Assembly: GCF_006345805.1 (NCBI RefSeq)
Contig: NW_021832545.1
Location: 1-61,289 of the forward strand
Origin: Octopus sinensis
Taxonomy: Eukaryota
Direction: 5' to 3'
Length of the DNA: 61,289 nucleotides
A program made the translations under genes and the position numbers. The notes under the pieces are model-generated. The model saw only the letters and a list, made by a program, of their open reading frames with translations, was not told the origin of the DNA and made no database searches. Shown here one piece after another: positions 51,431 to 61,289 of this stretch (within the stretch, counting starts at the first letter, position 1; every line of letters starts with the position of its first letter).

Positions 51431-52706
51431 ATATTATATTATTATTATTATCATTTCATTATCATTATTGTTATTATTATTATTATTATTAATTATTATA
51501 TCATTATTATATTATCATATTATTATTATATCATTATCATTATTTATTATTTATTATTATTATATTATTATTATTATTATTATTATCATTATTATATTCT
51601 TATTATATCATTATCATATTATTATTATCATTATTATTATTATATCATTATTATTATTATCATTATTATTATTATCATATCATTATTTATTTTCTTTTAT
51701 TTTATTATTCTTATTATTATCATTATCATTATATATTATTCTTATTCCTTTATATTATTATTATCATTATTATTTATTCTTTCATTATATTATTATATTA
51801 TTATTATTATTATCATTATCATTATTATTTTATTATCATTATTATTATTATCATTATCTTATTATTATTTATTATTAGTATTATTATCATTATCATATAT
51901 TATTATCATTATTATTTTATATATCATTATTCTTATATTATTATTATTATTATTATCATTATTATTATTATATTATATTATTATATTATCTATTATATTA
52001 TTATCATATCATATATATTATCATTATTATTATTATTATATTATTATTATCATTTTATTATTATTATCTTATCTTATTATCATTATATTTTATTATTATT
52101 ATTATTATTATTATATTATCATTATTATTATTATTATTTCCATATTATTATTATTATTATTTATTATTATCATATTATTTATTTTATATTATCATATTAT
52201 ATTATCATTATCTTATTATTTCATTATATTATTATTATTATTATATTATCCTTATCTTTTATTTATTATATATTATTATTCATATATATTATTATCATTA
52301 TTATTATTATTATTATTATTATCATTATTATTATTATCAATTATTATTATCATTATCATTATTCATTATTATTATCATTATTATTATTATTATTATCATT
52401 ATATTATTATCATTATTATTTCATTATATCATTATTATTATATTATTATTATTATTATTATTATTCATTATATTATTATTATTATTATTATATTATTATT
52501 ATATCATTATTATTATCATTATTATTTCATTATATTATTATCATTATTATTATTATCATTATCATTATTATTATTATCATTATTCTTATTATCATATTAT
52601 TATTTCATTATCATTATTATTATTATATTATTTTATTATTATTATTATCATTATCATTTTATATTATTATTATTATTATTATATCATTATTATTATTATT
52701 ATATTA

Positions 52707-52737
<31 letters not shown>

Positions 52738-53556
52738 CATTATTATATATTATTATTATTATTATTATTATCATTTTATTATTATTATTATTATTATATT
52801 ATTATTATCATTATTATTATTATTCATTTCATTATTATCTTATTATCATTATCATTATTATATTATTATTAGTATTATTATTATTATATCATTATTATTA
52901 TCATATCATTATTATATTATTATCATATCATTCTTATCATTATTATTTATTATTATTATTATCATTATCATATTATTATTATTATTATATTATATATTAT
53001 CATTATTATTATTATATTATTATATTATTATCATTATCATTATTATCATTATTATTAGTATTATTTTATTATTATATATTATATTATTATTATTATTATT
53101 ATTATTATTACATTATTATTATTATTATTATTATTATTATCATTATCATATTATCATTATTATTATCTTATTATTATCATTATTCATTATTATCATTATA
53201 TTATTATTATATTATTTCATATTATTATTATTATTATTATCATTATTATTATTTTATTATTATATTATTACATATTATCATTATTATTATGATTATTATT
53301 ATTATCATTATATTATTATTATTATTATCATTATTATATTCTTATTATTTATTATCTTTTATATTATATTATTATTATTATTATTATTATATTATTATTA
53401 TTATCATTATTATCATTATGATCATTATTATTATTATCATTATTATATTATTATTATTATTATTATTATCATTTTTATTATTATTATATTATTATTATAT
53501 TATTATCATTATCATTTATTATTATTATTATTATGATTATCATTTTTATTATTATT
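50040..53556. repeat. ~3.5-kb degenerate (ATT)n/(ATC)n array
   Basis: Seen directly; source of the spurious 388-aa and 858-aa poly-I/L/Y ORFs. Confidence 0.97.
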
Positions 53557-53569
53557 GAGATGGCAAAAG

Positions 53570-53965
53570 GAGTGAGCTGGCAGAAATGTTAGCACGTCGG
53601 GCGAAATGCTTAATGGTATTTCGTCTGTCTTTACATTCTGAGTTCAAATTCCGCTGAAGTCGACTTTGCCTTTCATTCTTTTGGGATCGATAAATCAAGT
53701 ACCAGTTGAGTACTGGGGTCGATATAATCAACTGGTCCCTCCCCATAAATTTTGGGCCTTGTTTATTAAGTTGGCAAGCGGACAAAATGGTTCGCAGTAT
53801 TTCGTTTGCTTTTATGTTCTGAGTTCAAATTCCACCAAGGTTGACTTTGCCTGTCATCCTTTCAGAGTTGATAAATTAAATAACAGTTGAGTACTGAGGG
53901 TGAATGTAATCGACTATCTCCTTCCCCCAAATTTCAGGCCTTGTGTCTATAGTAGAAAGAATTAT
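53570..53965 (+). mobile_element. two tandem family-A SINEs
   Basis: gtgagctggcagaaatgttagcacgtcgggcgaaatgc...gagttcaaattcc...gactttgcctttcat, repeated from ~53775. Confidence 0.8.
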
Positions 53966-53974
53966 TATTATTCA

Positions 53975-54185
53975 GACATGATCGCCTGACCATTGTGCCT
54001 TGTCCTGGTTACTTCTTGACCAGGTTGGAGCGTTTCTTATTTAAACTCTTGTGGAAGGGACATGTTCCAATGGTCAGGCTGTCAGTCTGTTGCCAGCATC
54101 CTCTGAGCAGCAGATCAGGTATTCCATGGCTCCGAATCTGCAGACACGCTAGAATGTCATCAGGCGCTCACAGCCCTCTACCAGT
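53975..54185 (+). mobile_element. Tx1/L1-like ORF2 post-RT fragment
   Basis: VPCPGYFLTRLERFLFKLLWKGHVPMVRLSVCCQHPLSSRSGIPWLRICRHA (compare ..F.FLW.G....V.R.....P...GGLG.P). Confidence 0.55.
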
Positions 54186-55799
54186 TGGGCAATGGGATTG
54201 GTGGATTTTAAGGTCATCCACCTCACGTATCACATCTCGAACATTTTAATTTTCTCAAACATGAAATTTCTTATTTGTTCTACAACCAAAGTTTGTTTTA
54301 CTTGTCTCATTTGCTTGAGCACTTCTCTTGCAGTCCTATTAACCCTCTTGTTCTTAATAAGAAACAATCACTATTATTATTGATATATATATATTACATA
54401 CATACATACATACATATATATATATATATATGTACATAACTTATAAAACAAGGGCAAAAGAAAAAAATTCTAATGCCAAATATGCCAAAAATAGACAAAT
54501 TGTCAATAACCATTATAATTTATAACCATTATATTTATCAAATATATGTACATATATAGAAAGAGAGAGAGAGAGAGAGTAGGAGGAGGGAGAAGAGAAA
54601 GCGATGGCAAATATTTTTGATTTAATACAATCAAGTTGTGGACTTTCAACTGAAGAATTTATATAAAGCTCCTCTAATCCCCAGCCACCACCACTGCCAC
54701 CTCTCCTCTCTCTCTCTCTTTTTCTCTCTCTCTCCCTCTCTCTATCTCTCTATCACTCTTGCTCCCCCCTTCCCCCCTTATTCCCTCTTCACACACCTTT
54801 CACATTACAAAACATATTTGCTTATTTTGGACGTGTGATTAAACAGTCCGTCTTGCAATTGTGTGGTTTCATGTTCAAGTCCATTCTGCAGTGCTTTGAG
54901 CAAGTGTCATATGGTAAGGCGTTTGGGCCGACCAAAGCTGGGAGAGGAGTTTGGGCAAACGGAAACCGAAAGATGTTTGTTGTGCGTGCGTGCATGTGTG
55001 TGTGGATGTGTGTGTGTGTAAATGTGTATGTGTATGGATGTGTGTGTGTGCGTGTGTGTGTGGATGTGTGTGTGCGAGTGTGTGTGTGTGAATGTGTGTG
55101 TGTGTGTGAATGTGTGTATGTGTGAATGTATGTGTGTGTGAATGTGTGTATGTGTGAATGTGTGTGCGTAAATGTGTGTGTGTATGTGTGTGGATGTGTG
55201 TGTGAGTGTGTGTGTGTGAATGTGTGTGTGTGCGTGCGTGCTTGCATGCGTGTGTGTGTGAATGCTTCCATATTGCGTTTCACATGGAAGTTTGCTGCTG
55301 ACATTTCTGCTGCACTTTTGATTAAAAACAGAAATAAACATTTGACAAAAAAAAAAGAGGTAAGGGTTAATGGCAGGAAAAGCATCTGACAAACCAAAAA
55401 GTAAACAATGTCATAGTAGTATGTATTCCTCACACCCATGAAAGCATAACAAAACAGACATAAAGCACATGAATGAACAAGTGATATCTACATACAGGGC
55501 TTCCTAACAGTTTCCAATGATCAAGTTCAGAAGGCATTGGTTAACCAGAAGGTCATAGAAGATAAGTGCTTATAATTCTATGTGGTAAGATTGAACCTAA
55601 AACCCTATGCTTGTCAAACAATCCTCTTAACCTCACAGCCATGACCTGTGCCTGGATTGAAACAGAAATGTATTTATTGGTAAATTTCAATAGCAAAATT
55701 TGATCCCATACGTACCTCTTCATTCTCATGCCCTCCAAATGTTCTCTCTTCTCATTTAAAATCCACAGTTTTTAAAAACTTTTTTGCTTACATAAATAT

Positions 55800-56018
55800 G
55801 AATCTTGTGTTTTAAACAGCACCTTTTTGATGAAAATAATTTTTAGTGTTAACACGGTCCGATTTGAATTTTTTCTTCTACAGAAGGAAGAGCAAGCCTT
55901 CTTCTATTGTACTCTTAATTTTGGCCAACTTGCGCCGCAGGGTCTCGGAAGAGATAGTGTTAGTTGAAGGCTACCAAACCTGCCATACACAGACAACTTC
56001 AGCTTTATATATAGAGAG
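55800..56018 (-). mobile_element. non-autonomous Helitron-like element, 5' part
   Basis: Minus strand starts TCTCTATATATAAAGCTGAAGTTGTCTGTG; shares gttaacacggtccgatttgaattttttcttctacagaaggaagag with 21045-21095. Confidence 0.55.
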
Positions 56019-56045
56019 ATTACTACTGTTACTACTACTACTACA

Positions 56046-56129
<84 letters not shown>

Positions 56130-56132
<3 letters not shown>

Positions 56133-56880
56133 CATCATCATCATCATCGTTTAACGTCCATTCTCCATGCTAGCATGGGTTGGACGGTTCAACCGGGGAT
56201 CTGGGAAGCCAGAAGGCTGCACCAGGCTCCGGTCTGATCTGGCAGTGTTTCTACAGCTGGATGCCCTTCCTAACGCCAACCACTCCGTGAGTGTATTGGG
56301 TGCTTTTTACGTACCACCGGCACAGAAGCCAGTCTAGGTGGCGCTGGCATCGGCCACGATTTGGATAGTGCTTTTTACGTGCCACCAGCACGGAAGCCAG
56401 TCTAGGCAGTGCTGGCATCGGCCATGATTCGGATAGTGCTTTTTACATGCCACCGACACGGAAGCCAGTCCAGGCGGTGCCAGCATTGGCCACGATTCGG
56501 ATAGTGCTTTTTACGTGCCACCGACATGGAAGCCAGTCTAGGCAGCGCTGGCATCGGCTACGATTCGGATGGTGCTTTTTACGTGCCACCGGCACGGAAG
56601 CCAGTCAAGGCGGCGCTGGCATCGGCTACGATTCGGATGGTGCTTTTTACGTACCACCGGCACGGAAGCCAGTCGAGGCGACGCTGGCATCGGCCACCTT
56701 CAGATAGTGCTGTTTATGTGCCACCGGCACAGGGATCACAACTGCAGTTTCCATTGATTTTGATGTTGGTGTACTTGACTCAATGGATCTCCTCAAGCAC
56801 AGGGTCGAAATGGTGTTTCTTCACTTGCCACCTGCACAGGAGTCAGTCCAGCGGTCCTGGCAACTGCCGGGTGCCAGTCA
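56130..56880 (-). mobile_element. RTE 3'-UTR copy with six 68-bp tandem units
   Basis: Units start at 56300, 56368, 56436, 56504, 56572 and 56640, with a partial unit at 56707; (CAT)n tail at 56133-56148. Confidence 0.9.
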
Positions 56881-57144
56881 TAGGATTGGTTCAATTTCGA
56901 TTCCGATTAATAATAATAATAATAATAATAATCCTTTCTACTATAGGCCCAATGCTTGAAATTTTGGGGAGGATGATAGTCAATTGCATCAACCCCAGTA
57001 CATAACTGGTACTTAATTTATGAACCCTGAAAAGACAAAAGGTAAAGTCAATCTCAGTGGAATTTGAACTCAGAACGTAATGATGAATGAAATGTCACGA
57101 AGCATTTTGCCTTGGGTGCGAAGGATTCTGCCAGCTCACCACCT

Positions 57145-57175
<31 letters not shown>

Positions 57176-57176
57176 G

Positions 57177-57224
<48 letters not shown>

Positions 57225-58324
57225 AGTAGTCGTCGTCGTCGTCGTCGTAGTAGTAGTAGTAGTAGTAAAAATAAATCTATTCTTATAAACTTGAATTTAA
57301 ATTAATCCTTTTAATACCAGTTAAGTTTTTTTCTTATTAACTTCTTGATTGTTTCCAAAATTAATTGAAACCAGGGACTTTCAATCGAAATGTTGTAAGA
57401 AGGGGATTGAAGGGGTTTCATAGAATTTTATTATTTTATCTCATTTACGCATCGAGGAAAAAAAGCTGGAAAATAAATAAAACAAATTTGTTGATGATTT
57501 TAACCAGGATCCCTTTCTTAATTAACGACTTCATTTTAATCAGTCATTTGTAAATGAATTGGTTTAATTGTGATTCAATTAACGAAAGAATGTCAATGAC
57601 CCTCATGTGACATTCCTGAGAAATAAAACCATTTCTTGGTGTGGAAGGGCTTTTAGTCAGATTATCTGAAAACTAATGAATTTCACAACACACACATACA
57701 CACACTGGCCCCCTCCCCCACCCCAGACACCAGTAAGCTTTATTTTCATTAGTGACCCTTATTTTCAACTAAGATTCCTATTTCAATAGGAATTTTGATA
57801 AGAACATGTTTCTCTCTGACACTGACCCCCACCACTAATACTACTTCTGCTAATGATGGTGGTGGTGATTTTCCTGATGGTGGCGGTAGGGGTGGTGGGG
57901 GTGATATTGATGAGGTGGAGGAGAAGAAGGAGGGACCACCAGTGAGAGGAGAGGGAAGTCTTCCCATGTGATTGGTTATTGATCTCTAATGCTTTAACTT
58001 GTCTGACAGATATTGAGATGCCACATCCAAGCAAATGGACAACATCCTTTCTACACCTTTTTTACTCCAACAGCCAACTCCACCCCCACTATACCTCCTC
58101 CTCCTCCTCCTCTCTACATACAAATCTACTAATTAGCAAACTGATCACCTTCCATCTCTGATTTACCTGTTGATATGTTTAAAATTTACCTGACAATGGT
58201 GGGACTTTGCCTTGTTGTAATCTTAGAATGCATCAACGAAATGCTGCTGAAATATCTATTGTGAATTTTGATCCTCACCAGAGTTCCTTGTACACACACA
58301 CACATAGACACATACATATATATA

Positions 58325-58655
58325 GTGAAGGTGCCTGACTCAGTGGTTTGAGCATTGGGCTCGCAATCACGAGGTTGTGAGTTCAATTCCTAGACCGGGC
58401 TGTGTGTTGTGTTCCTGAGCAAGACACTTTATCTCACGTTGCTCCAGTTCACTCAGCTGTAGAAATGAGTTGCGACGTCACAGGTGCCAAGCTGTATCGG
58501 CCCCTTTGCCTTTCCCTTGGATAACATCACGATGAGGGGAGACTGGTATGCCTGGGTGACTGCTGGTCTTCCATAAACAACCTTACCCAGACTTGTGCTT
58601 CAGAGGGTAACTTTCTAGGTGCAATCCCTTGGTCATTCATAACCGAAGGGGCTCA
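58325..58655 (+). mobile_element. tRNA-derived SINE; headless copy at ~34290-34560
   Basis: tgactcagtgg A-box-like, gagttcaattcc B-box-like, ttcctgagcaagacacttt block, shared long tail gctggtcttccataaacaacc...tttctaggtgcaatcc. Confidence 0.75.
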
Positions 58656-58813
58656 CTATGTATATAAATGTGTATATAAACATTTACACATCTGCATAGA
58701 CACACACACATACACACATACACACAGATAAGAATATATCTATTAACACTATCGTTACCAGCATATGTTATATACATTTAGTTACATATATATACATAAG
58801 CATATATGTACAT

Positions 58814-58858
<45 letters not shown>

Positions 58859-58883
58859 CATACACACACATATATATATACAC

Positions 58884-58914
<31 letters not shown>

Positions 58915-58924
58915 TATATATACA

Positions 58925-59200
58925 TAGGTGTGGCTGTGAGGTAAGCAGCTTGCTTCCCAACCATGTGGTTCTGGGTTCAGTCCCACTGAGTAGTACTGCA
59001 GGCAAAATATAACCTCGGGTTGACCAAAGCCTTTTGACTGGATTTGGTAGATGGAAACTTAAAGAAGCCTGTCGTATATTTATATATAACTGGGCTTAAG
59101 AAATGTCCTGGGGTCAGTTCATTTGATTGAAAACCCTTGAAAGTGGTGCTCCAGCATGGCCACAGTCAAAAGCCTGAGACAAGTAAAATAAAATAAAAGA
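58925..59200 (+). mobile_element. family-B SINE with internal deletion
   Basis: ggtgtggctgtgaggtaag...gggttcagtcccact...gtggtgctccagcatggccacagtc. Confidence 0.75.
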
Positions 59201-59963
59201 TATATGTGTGTGTGTGTGTGTGTGTATATATGTATATAAATATGTATATATCTATATCTATCAATCTATCTAGATCTGTCTGTCTGTCTATCTATCTATC
59301 TATATCTATATCTATCTATCTATCTCTCTCTCTATATATATATATATATGTATACACACACACACACACACACACACTCACACACATATATACCTCTGCA
59401 AATATATTGTTCTTTATATATATATCCACATTTGTGTCAACACACACACACATCCACAAAACAATATTCTCGTCCTCATATGAAGCTGAAGACTTGTTCC
59501 AGAATTTCATTCCATTCTCCTAATTCCCCTCTTGCTTCACTGCTTCCTCAAAACTCTTTAATATCAGGAGTTGGAGGTGGGTGGGGGTGGAATGGTGTGG
59601 TGAAGGACTTGTAGAAGAGCAACAAAAACAGGGCTAACCGTTGCTGGAAACTTCAGCCGCCTCGAAATGTCAAACGTATAATTGTTTACACCCCAAACAT
59701 ATTTTAGTCGGGTGTTGTTTTCTTGTTGTTGGCGGTTGGTGGAAGGGGGTGGAGGCGGCGGCTTGCCCTCTGTAACGGAATGTTTGAAAGTACGTGTGTG
59801 TGTGTGTTTGTGTATGTGTATATGTGTGTGTGTGTGTGCATGTCTATTATATAAGTATTTTAAATACTAAAGTTACAGACCTTGAAAAAGTTTTCAATTC
59901 AAAACTCATACACACACACACGAATGTGTGTGTTTATGGACAGATAGATGGATAGAAGTATAT

Positions 59964-59996
<33 letters not shown>

Positions 59997-61289
59997 CTAT
60001 ATATATATATAATAATTATAATAATATATATACACATAATTATACATACTTATTATAAATATAAATATACACATACATACATACATATGTATATATATAC
60101 ATATATATATAAATGCACATATATACAACACACACGCACATAAAGACATACATACTTGTACATGTATATATAGATGCGTAAATTATGTATAGTCATAAAA
60201 TTACTAAAATTGTCCCTTTTTTATCTTGTCTATCTTCTAACCTCTTTCCATGGTATACCATTCTCTCTTTCTATATCTCTCTCTATCTATCTCTATCTCT
60301 CTTCCCATCTCTCTCTCTCTCTCCTTTTTCTCACTTCCTCTCTATTTCTTCCTCCATTCTCTTACTCCTCCTCTTCTCTAACCTCTACTCCACCTCGCCC
60401 CCCCTCTCCCCGCCACCAATCTCCCTTAAACCAAGCGCAGGGGGGAAAGTATTTTCGATGTTCTGTTATTCAGCAGATGGACTGTTACCGAGGCACCGGG
60501 ATCGCCGACGATCCAACATATACCCTCAAACCACACACAAACACACACACACACACATAGAGATATAGATACATATATACATTCATATCTTATAGACACA
60601 TACATACAAAGATACATACACACATAAAGCACGAATACATATATGTTATATACATAGTATATATACATTTACATGAATAGATACATACATATAGATATAT
60701 AATATACATACATACATACATATATATATACATACATATATATATATACATACATATATTATATATATATATATATATATACATACATACATGCACACAC
60801 ACTCACACATATATATACATATATTTCTATATATATGCTTATACACATATAACATACACACATACATGTTTATATACATACACATTTATGTATAGATGTA
60901 TATAAATATACGTTTTATACACCCTAATTTGAATCTGGCAAAATGGGTTTATATATATCCAGCTTATTACAGGTAAGAATATCTTGTTGTTATCTGATGC
61001 TTAGGTTCAATTACCAAACTTTCTTTTTTTTTCAAGATTTTAGAGGTTGTCATGGTCGGACAGACTTGTATTTACAGTTGATATTGGTGTTGCTGGTGGT
61101 GATGTTTAACACTGCTGTTGCTGTAGTTGATGATAATGATGGTGGTGTTGGCAGTGGTGGTGGCGGTGGTAGTTGGTCTGTTATCTGTTGTAGGTTTTTT
61201 TTTAACATGTTCTCAAAATTATTGCCGGGGTGTTTGTCAATTATTATTTGATGTTGTTGTTGTTGTTGTTGCTCTTAACAACTTAGTCA

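Noticed and set aside
49975-53558. Long ORFs of 388 aa and 858 aa
   Set aside because: They are translations of (ATT/ATC)n giving poly-I/L/Y; the repeat simply lacks stops in these frames on this strand.
56300-56730. Regular 68-bp periodic array as a CRISPR-like locus
   Set aside because: The whole unit repeats with no unique spacers, it lies inside an RTE 3' UTR, and the DNA is eukaryotic.

Overview
This is a very repeat-rich, AT-rich eukaryotic window with no recognisable host protein-coding exon. The repeat families and microsatellite density suggest an octopus (cephalopod) intergenic or intronic region; this is an inference, not something checked. Nearly all ORFs in the supplied track are microsatellite translations. 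The real coding remnants are all retroelement-derived: a 5'-truncated, frameshifted RTE LINE (21690-25100, minus strand) whose RT is interrupted by a C4HC3 PHD-type finger; an R4/Dong-like LINE 3' half sitting in (TAA)n (44203-45393); CR1/L2-group, Tx1-like and RTE fragments; and two Penelope-like GIY-YIG remnants (6890-7330, 16901-17773). There are also many tRNA-headed SINEs, Helitron-like pieces and a hAT MITE. The signal the ORF track does not show is about a dozen type I hammerhead-ribozyme-like motifs from at least six unrelated small repeat families. Several are in fold-back (inverted) elements, one is physically linked to a GIY-YIG tail, and one sits behind a Pol III tRNA-like head. 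All folds were read by eye and none has been tested.
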